Assembly: GCA_963789265.1 (NCBI GenBank)
Contig: CAWBKB010000001.1
Coordinates: 864,001-928,000 of the forward strand
DNA: 64,000 bases
Direction: 5' to 3'
Source: an uncultured delta proteobacterium
Lineage (GTDB): Bacteria; Desulfobacterota; Desulfomonilia; Desulfomonilales; Desulfomonilaceae
Shown: one piece after another, positions 19,954 through 30,758 of the stretch
How positions within the stretch are numbered: position 1 is the stretch's first letter
Layout of the letters: each line of letters begins with the position of its first letter
The notes under the pieces: generated by a model
Seen by the model: the letters and a program-made list of their open reading frames with translations, nothing else
What the model was told of the DNA's origin: nothing
The model's database searches: none
Translations under genes and position numbers: made by a program

Positions 19954-22941
19954 ATGTCCGCGCTCTCCATCGCGGCCCAAGATCGACTCATTGGAGAGAT
20001 CCTCGACAGCCCCAATCCTGAGGCCGCGGCAAGCCGTCTTGACGATTTCTTGGCCGGGGAGGCTGCCGAAAGCGCCGGACAGATTCTGCACGACGATTCT
20101 GTAAGGCCGCATTTTCTGGCTGCAATCGCCGGATCCAGGTTTCTCAATTCTATTCTCCACCGGAATGTGGCCCTCCTGGAGTCACTCTTCTTACAAAAAG
20201 GCTTCCTAATCCCCAAAACTCGCTCCGTTATGGAAAGAGATCTCCGCAGCCGAACCGAGGGCATTTCCAGAATCGCTGAGCTGGACAAGGTGCTGCGCTG
20301 TTACAAAGAGGAAGAGTATCTGCGTATCGGCACCAGAGATCTTGCAGAGCTGGCCGGCGTTCCGGAAGTGATGGCAGAGCTTTCGGATCTAGCCGGAACC
20401 TGCATTCAAGTGGCTCTGGAATTTCACTGGGGCAGGCTGGTGTTGAAGCACGGAAAGCCTCGGGGCGTTAATGACGGCACAGGACTGGTCATCCTGGGGA
20501 TGGGAAAAATCTCCGGCCGAGAACTTAATTTCTCCTCGGATGTCGATTTGATCTTCCTGAGAGGCCCGGAAGTAGGCAGAACCGATGGTCCGGAACCCTG
20601 GCCCGTCAACGCCTTCTACGGAGCATTGGTGCAATCGGTTAGACGGTCCCTCGCGGACATTACCGAAGATGGTTTTGTATTCCGGCTGGATCTCAGGCTG
20701 AGGCCCGAAGGCGAAAAAGGTGAACTCGTCCCGTCGGTGAACAATGCTCTTGATTACTATCTGGGATGGGGGCGAACCTGGGAACGGGCCGCGCTCATGA
20801 AAGCTGTTCCTCTGGCAGGAGATTTTGATCTCGGGCATGCCTTCATTGCAGGGCTGGAACCATTCATTTATCGCAAGCACCTGGATTATTCGATGCTGGA
20901 AGACATGAGGCTCATGAAGCGTAGCATAGAGATGCAACTTAAAAGGAAGCCGGGAATCAACATAAAGTTAGGCCAAGGGGGAATCAGAGAGATCGAGTTC
21001 TTTGTTCAAACGCTCCAGCTCATTAACGGAGGGAAAACACCACGAGTAAGATCCCGGGGGACTTTGGAAGCCCTGGGCCTTCTCCGGGAGGCAGGCCTTC
21101 TGGAGACAAGGACGATGGAAGAGTTGCGTGATGCATATCTATTCTTCCGCCGCACCGAGCATCGTATTCAGATCGATCATCAACTCCAAACCCACGAACT
21201 GCCCAGAACTGTTCAGGATCAGGAAGAACTGGCCAGAAGGATGGGTTACAGAAAAGATGCTCTCAAGGCATTTCTCTCGGATTTGGAAGGCAAGCGCCGT
21301 GCAGTTGAGGAACTCTTTTCCAGCTTGTTCCATTCTGAAGAAAACGGGAGCAAGGCCGTCTCACCGGCGGTAAAGCGAATCTTTGAAGTAATTCAAGACC
21401 AAGATTCCGCTTTGCCTGTTCTCTCGGAGCTTGGTTTTGAGGATGCGGCCGCGTCATATCCGATTTTGCACGATCTCTTGATCCCCTCGGATAGGAAAAT
21501 CAAATCCGAAAAAGGGCGCCATCTTCTGGAGCGGTTGGCCCCGCTTCTTCTTGAAGAGCTTTTGAAAGCCCCGGAACGCAGCAAGACGCTGATTGCACTG
21601 GACAGCTACGTGGACTCGCTGCATTCCCAGTCGAGTTATTTGGCAACCTTGCTCGAAAACCCGCCGACAATTGAATTCATAATGACGATCCTGCGGGAAA
21701 GCCGATTCTTCACAGATCTCCTGATTCGCCACCCCCAATCCATCGATTCCCTCATAGCCCGAGGAGCGCCGCATTACCCGAAAGAGAAGGAGTACCTGGA
21801 AACAGAGTTGTCCGACCGGCTCAGATATTGCCCGGACTTTGAGTCTGAACTCGATGTGTTGCGAATTTTCAAGAATGACGAAATGCTCATGATAGGCGTG
21901 CGCCACATTTCAGGCGAGATCGAGTCACCTGTAGCGCGAAGTCTCGTAACCGAACTGGCAGAGGTTTGCCTTCGTGCAGCCGTGGAAATCGCTTTAAAAG
22001 AGATGGAGCGACGGTTCGGCCGATTCGATTTCTTCGAGACCCTGCCGTTCGTGATCCTGGGGATGGGAAAGCTGGGCGGCATGGAGATGACATACCTGTC
22101 CGATCTGGACGTTATATTCATATACGACCCCCCTTCAGATCAAATAGGCCGGTTTTCCAGCCACGAGTGGTTCACCAGGCTGGCAAATCGAATCATATCT
22201 ATCCTCAGTGTTCCAACAGCCGAAGGGACAGTCTTCGCCATTGACGCCAGGTTAAGACCGTCGGGGAACAAAGGGCCCCTGGTCTCTTCGCTCTCTGCAT
22301 TTAGAGATTACCACAGGACGACTTCATGGCTTTGGGAGAAACAGGCTCTGATTAAGGCTCGATCCGTGACCGGGCCGCAGCGGCTTGCCGAAGAAGTCAC
22401 CCGGATCGTTCGGGATTGCATCATGAGCACGGAACTTTCAGACGATGGTCTGCGCGAAATCGCCAAATTGCGGAGAAGAATGGAAAGCGAGTTGGCGCTG
22501 GAAGGCGATTTGCAGGTAGATTTGAAGACGGGTCACGGCGGATTGGTGGATGTGGAGTTTTTTGTCCAGGCGAATATTCTGAGGCACGCGGCACACAGGC
22601 CGGATATAATCCGCAACAACACGCTGGGAGCGCTGGCAGCTTTGCATGACGCCGGATTGCTTGATGAAGAGTCGTTTCACACCCTGGATTTCGGCTACCG
22701 ATTCCTCAGTAATCTGGAGGATCGCCTCCGCATTATGGAATATCGAAGCATCGACCGAATGCCGCTTGAAGGAGACAAGGTTAAAGGTCTGGCATGGAGG
22801 ATGGGTTATGGAGATCGAGGCGAGGACAGCTTTCTCAACGATTATTTCAGGGTCACGGGCTCGATAAGGAACGTATACAACGCTTTTTTCGGTGCAGATA
22901 AAAACAAACCGACCCGAAGGGGGGCCGGAGAAAGGACTTAA
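19954..22941 (+). CDS. glnE: Bifunctional glutamine synthetase adenylyltransferase/deadenylase
   Basis: Two NTase domains GMGKISGRELNFSSDVDL and GMGKLGGMEMTYLSDLDV; DLRLRPEG; GGIREIEF. Confidence 0.95.
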   Translation: MSALSIAAQDRLIGEILDSPNPEAAASRLDDFLAGEAAESAGQILHDDSVRPHFLAAIAGSRFLNSILHRNVALLESLFLQKGFLIPKTRSVMERDLRSRTEGISRIAELDKVLRCYKEEEYLRIGTRDLAELAGVPEVMAELSDLAGTCIQVALEFHWGRLVLKHGKPRGVNDGTGLVILGMGKISGRELNFSSDVDLIFLRGPEVGRTDGPEPWPVNAFYGALVQSVRRSLADITEDGFVFRLDLRLRPEGEKGELVPSVNNALDYYLGWGRTWERAALMKAVPLAGDFDLGHAFIAGLEPFIYRKHLDYSMLEDMRLMKRSIEMQLKRKPGINIKLGQGGIREIEFFVQTLQLINGGKTPRVRSRGTLEALGLLREAGLLETRTMEELRDAYLFFRRTEHRIQIDHQLQTHELPRTVQDQEELARRMGYRKDALKAFLSDLEGKRRAVEELFSSLFHSEENGSKAVSPAVKRIFEVIQDQDSALPVLSELGFEDAAASYPILHDLLIPSDRKIKSEKGRHLLERLAPLLLEELLKAPERSKTLIALDSYVDSLHSQSSYLATLLENPPTIEFIMTILRESRFFTDLLIRHPQSIDSLIARGAPHYPKEKEYLETELSDRLRYCPDFESELDVLRIFKNDEMLMIGVRHISGEIESPVARSLVTELAEVCLRAAVEIALKEMERRFGRFDFFETLPFVILGMGKLGGMEMTYLSDLDVIFIYDPPSDQIGRFSSHEWFTRLANRIISILSVPTAEGTVFAIDARLRPSGNKGPLVSSLSAFRDYHRTTSWLWEKQALIKARSVTGPQRLAEEVTRIVRDCIMSTELSDDGLREIAKLRRRMESELALEGDLQVDLKTGHGGLVDVEFFVQANILRHAAHRPDIIRNNTLGALAALHDAGLLDEESFHTLDFGYRFLSNLEDRLRIMEYRSIDRMPLEGDKVKGLAWRMGYGDRGEDSFLNDYFRVTGSIRNVYNAFFGADKNKPTRRGAGERT

Positions 22942-22945
22942 GGCA

Positions 22946-24130
22946 TTATCGCAATCCCTGGATGCAGAGGTCTTTCGCGATCCTGTCCCGCGTGGCCTCG
23001 AACTCAGTTTCTACTTCGAGGAACGTTTCGACGAGTTCCGGATCAAAGTGCTTGCCCTTCTCCTGAATGATGATTTCTCGAGCCTCTTCGTGCGAATAAG
23101 ACCGCTTGTAGCGACGTTCGGTGGTCAAAGCATCATAAACGTCTGCTATCGCGACGATGCGAGCGGACAAGGGTATCGCTTCTTCTTTCAGCCCGAAAGG
23201 GTATCCGTTCCCATCCCAACGCTCATGGTGGTAGTAAGCCACATCCTTTGCGAGGAATAGATAGCTCTCCTTATCCCCTGCTTCACGCGCAGCCTCCTCA
23301 AGCGCGGCACCGCCGTACACGGAATGGCGCTTCATGATCTCGAACTCATCCATCCCAAACTTTTTCGGGTTGAATAAGATCGAATCGGGTATCCCGACCT
23401 TCCCTATGTCATGCAGTACAGAGCATTGGACAAGGTCATCGATGAACTCCTGGGTCATTAGTTCCTGATAGCGTGCGTGCGCTGCCGCCTGATTACACAG
23501 AATCCTGCAATATTCTTGAAGCCGTGAAAGATGAAAAGCTGTCTCCCCGTCCCGCGATTCGGCAAGCTTGGCAAGAGCGAAAATTGAAGCCCCCTGAATT
23601 CTTCGGATGCGTTGATACGACTTCATCAATTCGGTGGTTCTTTGCTCAACCTCTTTTTCCAGCAAGTATCTGTAATCTTTCTCAAACCGCCGAAGACGGC
23701 AATGTTCGATGCCTTTTTGGACCGTATTCAGGAGGATCTCTGTGTTCACCGGCTTCAGCAAGAAATCGTGAGCGCCTCGCCGAAGGGCCAACACGGCATT
23801 TTCAAGATCCCCGTGGCCTGTGACCACGACCACCGGCACCGTCCCGTCGATCTTCCTGATGGTGGCGAGGACTTCCAGACCGTTGATTTGCGGCATGTGG
23901 ATGTCTGTGACCACCAAATCAGGGCGACTCTCATTAAAGATTTCTATGGCTTTGCCCCCTCCGTTTGCGGTCAATACGGAAAAGCCTTTGATCGCCAATA
24001 GATCTCTGAACGTTTCGAGAGTGATGGTATCGTCGTCGATGATGAGGACGGAACCCCTGGTTGTTGGGGTTCCCGCCATGAGCGCATCATCAACGATAGA
24101 TTTATAAAGGTCTGCCGGCAAGAACTGCAC
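22946..24130 (-). CDS. Response regulator with HD-GYP c-di-GMP phosphodiesterase domain (RpfG-like)
   Basis: REC domain (IIDDD, VTDIHMP, FLLKP); LHDIGK, HHERWDGNGYP, ADVYDAL. Confidence 0.92.
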   Translation of the reverse strand: MQFLPADLYKSIVDDALMAGTPTTRGSVLIIDDDTITLETFRDLLAIKGFSVLTANGGGKAIEIFNESRPDLVVTDIHMPQINGLEVLATIRKIDGTVPVVVVTGHGDLENAVLALRRGAHDFLLKPVNTEILLNTVQKGIEHCRLRRFEKDYRYLLEKEVEQRTTELMKSYQRIRRIQGASIFALAKLAESRDGETAFHLSRLQEYCRILCNQAAAHARYQELMTQEFIDDLVQCSVLHDIGKVGIPDSILFNPKKFGMDEFEIMKRHSVYGGAALEEAAREAGDKESYLFLAKDVAYYHHERWDGNGYPFGLKEEAIPLSARIVAIADVYDALTTERRYKRSYSHEEAREIIIQEKGKHFDPELVETFLEVETEFEATRDRIAKDLCIQGLR

Positions 24131-24594
24131 TCCGTTCCATTCAACCCCTAAGACAAAACGAAAAGCTCCCCACGTGAAGGCCGTCGTCTCGAATCATGAG
24201 AAATCCTAACCCATAAGCCGGGCAGTGCGGGCAAAAAGGCCCAACCGGTGCTCGCTTCCCGTTACTACACTACAATCTGATCTTGTGTTGCTCTTCCGAT
24301 CGTTGCGTTATCACGATGTCCCGACGCCGTTGGATAAACCATCTTAGGCGTTGTGTCACACGGGTGTCAATGATCAATTCCAAAAGGTAGGCGCGTCCCG
24401 GCTAATTTGGCTCACGCGATTGACATGGCAACCGACATGATTTACCTGACTGGTGAAGTGTCATCGTTCAGCCGGCTTTTCCCCGGGCACGAGAGGCCCT
24501 TTTTGAACATTGCCTAATCCACTATCAATCAGTCTCGAGGGGCTTCTTTCCGCTGGGCGATTGCCTGAAAGTTTGATCCGGTAGGAGTCTCATA

Positions 24595-27183
24595 ATGCGT
24601 GCAGAAAAATTTACCCTCAAATCTCAGGAAGCTCTGGAGCTGGCCCAGAATACAGCGAGCAACCGCGGCAACCCTCAAGTGGAAACAGAGCACCTGTTGC
24701 TGGCATTACTCTCCGACGAAGAAGGCATCTGCGTTGAAATCCTCAAGAAGCTGGGAGCTGACCCTGAGCGTATCCGAAATGAAACCCTGCACGCGGTGGA
24801 AAAGCTGCCGCAACAGAGCGGTGCCGTTGCAGACCGGTACTATTCCAACTCACTCAGAGCGGTTCTTGAAGCTGCATTCAAAGAAATGGAGCAGCTCAAG
24901 GACGAGTACGTGTCCGTTGAGCATCTTCTGATTGCCCTTTCTGAGGTCTCAGGGACCGTGGCTTCCAAAATCCTCACCGGCCGCGGCGTTACCAAGGATA
25001 AGATCTACACGGTGCTGACGGACATTCGCGGTACCCAGCGAGTGACCGACCAATCACCTGAAGAAAAATATCAGGCTCTGAAGCGCTTTACCCGCGATCT
25101 GACGGACCTCGCACGCAAAGGGAAGCTCGACCCGGTAATCGGTCGCGACGACGAAATCAGGCGAATTATTCAAGTCCTGTCGCGCAGAACAAAGAATAAT
25201 CCGGTCCTCATCGGGGATCCCGGAGTCGGCAAGACTGCCATTGTAGAGGGGCTCGCCGGAAGAATTGTGTCGGGGGACATTCCCGAAACGCTCAGAGGCA
25301 AGCGAGTATTGGCGCTCGACATCGGCCAGCTTGTTGCTGGCGCGAAGTATCGGGGGGAGTTCGAAGATCGTCTCAAGGCCGTGCTAAAGGAAGTTACCGG
25401 CGCGGCAGGTGAAATCATCCTGTTTATCGATGAAATGCACACCCTGGTTGGGGCCGGCGCGGCTGAAGGAGCGGTTGACGCGTCTAACATGCTCAAACCT
25501 GCTTTGGCTCGCGGCGAGCTTCGATGCGTTGGCGCCACGACCATCAACGAGTACAGGAAGCACATCGAAAAGGATGCGGCGCTCGAACGACGGTTTCAGC
25601 CGATTTACGTAGCCGAGCCTTCTGTAGAGGACTCAATTTCGATCCTGAGAGGTCTAAAGGAACGCTACGAGATTCACCACGGTGTCAGAATTCAGGATGC
25701 CGCAATAATAGCAGCCGTGACCCTATCCCACCGCTACATTACCGACCGTTTCCTGCCCGACAAGGCCATCGACCTCATAGACGAAGCCTCGTCCAAGCTC
25801 AGGATAGAGATTGACTCGATGCCCACTGAAATTGATGAGATCGAACGGCGCATCATTCAGCTTCAAATTGAACAACAGGCGCTTAACAAGGAGTCCGACC
25901 CGGCCAGCAAGGAACGGCTCCAAAAGGTTAAAATGGAAATCGAGCGATTGACCTCGCAATCGGATCTTCTCAAGACGCAATGGCACAAGGAAAAGGATGT
26001 CATAACAGCCATAAGAGAGCTGAAAGAACGGTACGAGCGAGCCAAAACCGAAGCGGCCCAGGCAGAGCGGGAAGGCAATCTGAGCAAAGCGGCTGAACTC
26101 AAATACGGCATGCTCATATCCCTGGAAAAGGATATCAAAGAGAAAAATGAGGAACTTGCCAACATTCAGAAAGACGGCGGACTGCTGAAAGAGGAAGTCG
26201 ATGCGGAAGACATAGCCGAGGTCGTGGCAAAGTGGACTGGCATCCCCGTGTCAAGGATGCTGGAAGGGGAAGTCGCAAAACTCCTCAGCATTGAGGACAG
26301 AATCGGTCAACGAGTCATCGGCCAACGAGAAGCGATAATCGCGGTTGCAAACGCTGTGCGCCGCGCGAGATCGGGTTTACAAGATCCCAATCGGCCGATC
26401 GGTTCATTCATCTTCATGGGGCCAACCGGTGTCGGCAAAACCGAACTCGCACGAGCCCTTGCGGAATTCCTCTTCGATGACGAACAGGCCATGGTACGCG
26501 TCGACATGTCGGAGTACATGGAAAGGCACTCGGTCGCGCGGCTTATCGGCGCGCCTCCGGGATACGTAGGATACGAGGAGGGAGGATACTTAACGGAGGC
26601 TGTTCGAAGACGCCCGTATTCGGTGGTTCTTTTCGACGAAATTGAGAAAGCTCACCCCGAAGTGTTTAACGCCCTTTTGCAGATACTCGACGATGGCCGG
26701 CTCACCGATGGCAAAGGGCGCACGGTGGATTTCAAGAACTGCATCATTATTATGACATCCAACATCGGTTCCACGGAGATCCGGGATTTCGCGGGAAAAG
26801 ACGAAGAGAGAATGCGAACCAGGGTCATGGAAGCTCTCAGGATGCACTTCAAACCCGAGTTCCTGAACCGGCTGGACGATGTGATAATCTTCCATTCCCT
26901 GGACAGGGAGCAGATCAAGCAGATTGTAGACATTCAAATGCGGCGCCTCAACAAGCGGCTTGCGGACAACAAGCTCACCCTGGTCCTGGAGCCTTCAGCC
27001 AGAGACATGCTTGCAGCCGAAGGGTACGACCCCGCGTATGGAGCGCGGCCGCTCAAGCGTGCGATGCAACGGCTCATCGAGAATCCTCTGGCGATGGAAA
27101 TTCTCGCGGGTAAGTTCCAACCGGGAGATACCATAGAGGCCCAGGTCGAGGGCGATCATCTTCGATTTGCGAAAAAAGGATGA
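24595..27183 (+). CDS. clpB: ATP-dependent chaperone ClpB
   Basis: Two AAA+ modules ([16 protein letters not shown]), long coiled-coil M domain, 862 aa. Confidence 0.97.
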   Translation: MRAEKFTLKSQEALELAQNTASNRGNPQVETEHLLLALLSDEEGICVEILKKLGADPERIRNETLHAVEKLPQQSGAVADRYYSNSLRAVLEAAFKEMEQLKDEYVSVEHLLIALSEVSGTVASKILTGRGVTKDKIYTVLTDIRGTQRVTDQSPEEKYQALKRFTRDLTDLARKGKLDPVIGRDDEIRRIIQVLSRRTKNNPVLIGDPGVGKTAIVEGLAGRIVSGDIPETLRGKRVLALDIGQLVAGAKYRGEFEDRLKAVLKEVTGAAGEIILFIDEMHTLVGAGAAEGAVDASNMLKPALARGELRCVGATTINEYRKHIEKDAALERRFQPIYVAEPSVEDSISILRGLKERYEIHHGVRIQDAAIIAAVTLSHRYITDRFLPDKAIDLIDEASSKLRIEIDSMPTEIDEIERRIIQLQIEQQALNKESDPASKERLQKVKMEIERLTSQSDLLKTQWHKEKDVITAIRELKERYERAKTEAAQAEREGNLSKAAELKYGMLISLEKDIKEKNEELANIQKDGGLLKEEVDAEDIAEVVAKWTGIPVSRMLEGEVAKLLSIEDRIGQRVIGQREAIIAVANAVRRARSGLQDPNRPIGSFIFMGPTGVGKTELARALAEFLFDDEQAMVRVDMSEYMERHSVARLIGAPPGYVGYEEGGYLTEAVRRRPYSVVLFDEIEKAHPEVFNALLQILDDGRLTDGKGRTVDFKNCIIIMTSNIGSTEIRDFAGKDEERMRTRVMEALRMHFKPEFLNRLDDVIIFHSLDREQIKQIVDIQMRRLNKRLADNKLTLVLEPSARDMLAAEGYDPAYGARPLKRAMQRLIENPLAMEILAGKFQPGDTIEAQVEGDHLRFAKKG

Positions 27184-27476
27184 CCGACTGGATGAAAGCC
27201 GTATGAGAAGCCATGCAAGGGGCACAGTCGTGGGATGAGGCCGCCCTCACCCTGATCTCTCCCGCCAGGGGGAGTCTTTACGTCACCGTCGCCCCGGACT
27301 TCGATCCGCGGTCCAGGATTCCTGGATTTCGGCATTCGCCGGATTGGGGCGAAAAGCGCCTCCGCCCACTGATAAAAAAAAAAAAGGTTTGCGCGAAGAC
27401 TGAAGCAGCGTATTATCTGGGGGCAAGACCCGAAAGTGTGTTTATCTGAAAACCAGTTAAACAGGAGTTGGAACTC

Positions 27477-28034
27477 ATGCTCGGACTTCCAGATGTAGCC
27501 ATTGGCGCGGTGGTGGCGGCCCTTGTCGCGGGACTGGTTTCGTTGCTTGGCCTCATCATCAGTAAAGAGCAGAAGATTTCAGAGTTCCGACAGGCATGGA
27601 TTGATGCTCTTCGATCGGAAATTTCTGCTCTTATTTCTCATGCAAACGCCATTCATGGCACTAGTGCGGCTGGCTTGGAAAGGGCGTCAGAACTCTGGAA
27701 AGTAGTGAGGCCAGATTTCCTAGGAATCAATCAAGCTGCTGCAAACGTTAGGCTGCGGCTCAACCCGAAGGAGAAAGAAGCATCTGCGGTGTTGGAGCAA
27801 ATTGAGGGGCTAGAGCAGCTACTGCTCCCCGGACGCACAGTGGAGTACGCTCAGATAGATGAAACAGAGAAAAGACTCGTTGCTGCCGCGCAGGTTCTCC
27901 TCAAGCAAGAGTGGCTTCGCGTTAAGCAGGGAGAGCAGGTATACCGCATTGCTAGGATTTGTGCGCTCATTGTTCTAATGGTCTGTGTGGTTGCACTATT
28001 TACCATTGCGGTGATGAGGGCAGCCACCCTATGA
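27477..28034 (+). CDS. Hypothetical membrane protein (N- and C-terminal TM helices)
   Basis: AGGAG RBS; two hydrophobic helices flanking a helical region containing SEFRQAWIDALR. Confidence 0.7.
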   Translation: MLGLPDVAIGAVVAALVAGLVSLLGLIISKEQKISEFRQAWIDALRSEISALISHANAIHGTSAAGLERASELWKVVRPDFLGINQAAANVRLRLNPKEKEASAVLEQIEGLEQLLLPGRTVEYAQIDETEKRLVAAAQVLLKQEWLRVKQGEQVYRIARICALIVLMVCVVALFTIAVMRAATL

Positions 28035-28932
28035 ATTCTACTATCAAGTTCAAGCCGCGGCTTACCTATTTCATATAAAGAGCTAAAAAGGTGGGATAAC
28101 AAGTGCTGCACCCGATTCTGGACCTCTTGGTCCGTGAAGCCAACCGTTCTTTTGCTGCTCGAATGTCCACCGCTCGCCGGTGCCGCCACCCCTGATCCGT
28201 CCCCGGTCCTCCCATAGGATATGTTGCTCATCAAATGCCACGTACTCGGTCATTGGACCGGAATCCGGTCCCTCCCGGCCCCTGTCTATCTGTTTTTCGC
28301 TTCAACCGTCCCTCAGAAGAAATCGTGGCACAACCAGGAACCCGGCCCGAGTTTCGAGACAATTTCAGATGCCGGTCCCCCTTCTAGCGCGACTGGCAAC
28401 GACAGCGTGAAAATGTCATCTGCTTTGGAGAGTTGGTTGCCCTCGTCCGCGCATTTCAAGAAGGTCGGCTGGTAAAACTGCCTGGGTTGCGCCTCCGGGG
28501 TCTAAGATGACCGGCCCGGCTCAAATCTTTCGAGATGCCCTCCCAAGGCAAGCCTAGACCGGTGTCTCGGCAGGGTCGGCTGCGCTCGATGTCACAATCC
28601 GCACATCAATCGTTTTCTTCAGTAGTGAGGCTATCCGAACGAGCATGGACAGAGCATCGCCGTTATATAGTCTTTGCCAAGAATAATGTCTCTTTGCCCG
28701 TAAGATACGGAAAATCGAGAAGGTGCGCCATGTTGGGCACTTCACGGTCATTCCAGCGCACGCTTGAATTCGGTAGGGCCTGCCTCCGCGCGACGCTGGG
28801 TCGCTCCGAAGCCACCGGCAGAGACGCCGGCGCTCCCGGATCGGCGTCCGGGGTGACGCTGCCGAACAGGATTGCAAGCACACACAGGATTGCCCGAAAT
28901 AAGACACTGTATTTAGGAAATGGTGTACACAG

Positions 28933-29910
28933 CTAGCCCCGCAATTCCTTTATCTTTTCTTCGAGGGCAGGGACAACTTCATTGAGATCGCCCACAATTC
29001 CGTACTGAGCGACCCGAAAGATGGGGGCCCGCGGGTCTTTGTTTACAGCCACGATGAGCGGCGATCCTTTGATGCCGCCGAGGTGCTGGAATGCGCCACT
29101 GATTCCCAGGGCAAGATACACTTTCGGCTTGACCTCAACGCCGGAAGTGCCGACTTGATGGAACTTGGGAAGAAGGTTCTTGTCCACAATCGGTCTCGAG
29201 CAGGCCAACACGCCTCCCATCGTCTCCGCCAGTGATTCGAACACCTCCATGTCGGGTTCATCCCCGATGCCTCTCCCGACGGACACGACGATATCAGCCG
29301 AGGCTACATCTACGTCCCCTTTCTCCGCTTCCACGTACCCCACAAAGCGCTTGCGCAAAGGGTCGTCGGTTAACGGCGAAGGTAGTGCTTCGACTACGCC
29401 CGCTTCAGAGCCGGAAGGTTTGAAAGAGAATGCTCCGCCCCGCAGAGTCACAACTATCTTCTCAGCAGTTTTGAACGATACGACAGTATTGACTTTGTAG
29501 CTGTACATCTGCCGCGAAGCGAAGAACTTTCCATCTCTCACTTCCAACCCGTAGCAATCGGTGGCCAGCGCCGCGTCCAGAGCCACAGACAGGCCGGGGG
29601 CCAGATCCATGATCGAGTTCGAGTTCCCCATGATCAGTATGAACGGCTCGCTGTCCGGGAGGATTTTTACAAGCGCTTTCATGATTGCTTCAGAATTGAA
29701 AGGCTCGAACTTTGAGTCGTCCACGGTCAAGACCCGGGGGCACTCCTTTGCCAGCAGTCCGGCCATGCCCGCGACTTGGCTGCCCAGAAGGAGACACGTA
29801 AGCTCGGCTCCCAGATCGCTTGCCAGCTTGCGGCCCGCTGCAATGGCCTCCCATGTGGAATCTCTCAATTGATGCTTGCGGTGCTCGGCCAGGACAAATA
29901 TCTGCTTCAT
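28933..29910 (-). CDS. etfA: Electron transfer flavoprotein alpha subunit
   Basis: IVVSVGRGIG, ACSRPIVD, QVGTSG, GISGAFQH, AVNKDPRAPIF. Confidence 0.95.
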   Translation of the reverse strand: MKQIFVLAEHRKHQLRDSTWEAIAAGRKLASDLGAELTCLLLGSQVAGMAGLLAKECPRVLTVDDSKFEPFNSEAIMKALVKILPDSEPFILIMGNSNSIMDLAPGLSVALDAALATDCYGLEVRDGKFFASRQMYSYKVNTVVSFKTAEKIVVTLRGGAFSFKPSGSEAGVVEALPSPLTDDPLRKRFVGYVEAEKGDVDVASADIVVSVGRGIGDEPDMEVFESLAETMGGVLACSRPIVDKNLLPKFHQVGTSGVEVKPKVYLALGISGAFQHLGGIKGSPLIVAVNKDPRAPIFRVAQYGIVGDLNEVVPALEEKIKELRG

Positions 29911-30702
29911 CAACCGATACCTCCTTTCTCCTTCAATATCTTAGCGAGTCTCGCAGCAGCTTCTTCCGGGCTCCCCTTGATAATCTCGGCGCCTTCCCCT
30001 TCAGGAGGCAAAGAGACGGTTTCGATTTGTATCCTTGATCCGGCTGAGCCCACCTCAGACTCATCCAGACCGATTTGCTCGAGACCCAGGTACAGGGATT
30101 TCCAAGCCCGCGACTTTTCGCACCGCTCGGATAGAGACGAATCGAGGCTCGTTCAATCCGGTTGCAACCGAGACTGCCGCAGGCAGATCCATTTCAATTG
30201 CTTCGTAAAGCCCGCCTTCCAGTTCCCGGTTGAATTTGATTTTCCCATCCTGAGTTTCGATCTTAGAAACCAGCGTGGCTCCGGGAATGCCCAACATGGC
30301 TGCCAGCATTCCGCCCACCTGGCCGGAGCAATCGTCGTCGGCCAGGGTTCCTGTGAGAACAAGGTCGTGGGGCCGCTGTTTGATGAAGTGCGAGAGTATC
30401 CTCGCCACCGCAAAACCATCTGAACCCTCGAATGCATCGTCCCACAGGTGAAAAGCCTCGTCAGCGCCCCTGGCCAGACTCTCTCGGAGCATTTCTTCAG
30501 CCTCTTCCGGGGCTACAGTGACTGTCGTGACCTTACCACCTATTCTTTCCTTAATTTGGACAGCCTCTTCGACGGCAAAGCGATCCCAGTCGTTCACATC
30601 GAAGTCCAAGTCAACTTTCTTGATGTCTTTCCCGTCCCGGTCTACGGAAAGATCGGCTTCAGACGTGTCCGGTACCCATTTCATGCAAACAATGATGTCC
30701 AT
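29910..30702 (-). pseudogene. etfB: Electron transfer flavoprotein beta subunit, split by a +1 frameshift near 30090
   Basis: IVCMKWVPD, ARGADEA, LNEPRF; removing one base restores ...IPVLGLEQIGLDESEVG...GSPEEAAARLAKILKEKGGIG*, whose TGA overlaps the etfA ATG. Confidence 0.88.
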
Positions 30703-30758
30703 TGGTCCTCCCAAGCGTCTCAGGCGAGACTGCTTCATTCAATAGCACCGGCCGACAA

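Noticed and set aside
24180..24594. CIRCE or other heat-shock operator upstream of clpB
   Set aside because: No TTAGCACTC-N9-GAGTGCTAA or comparable inverted repeat found
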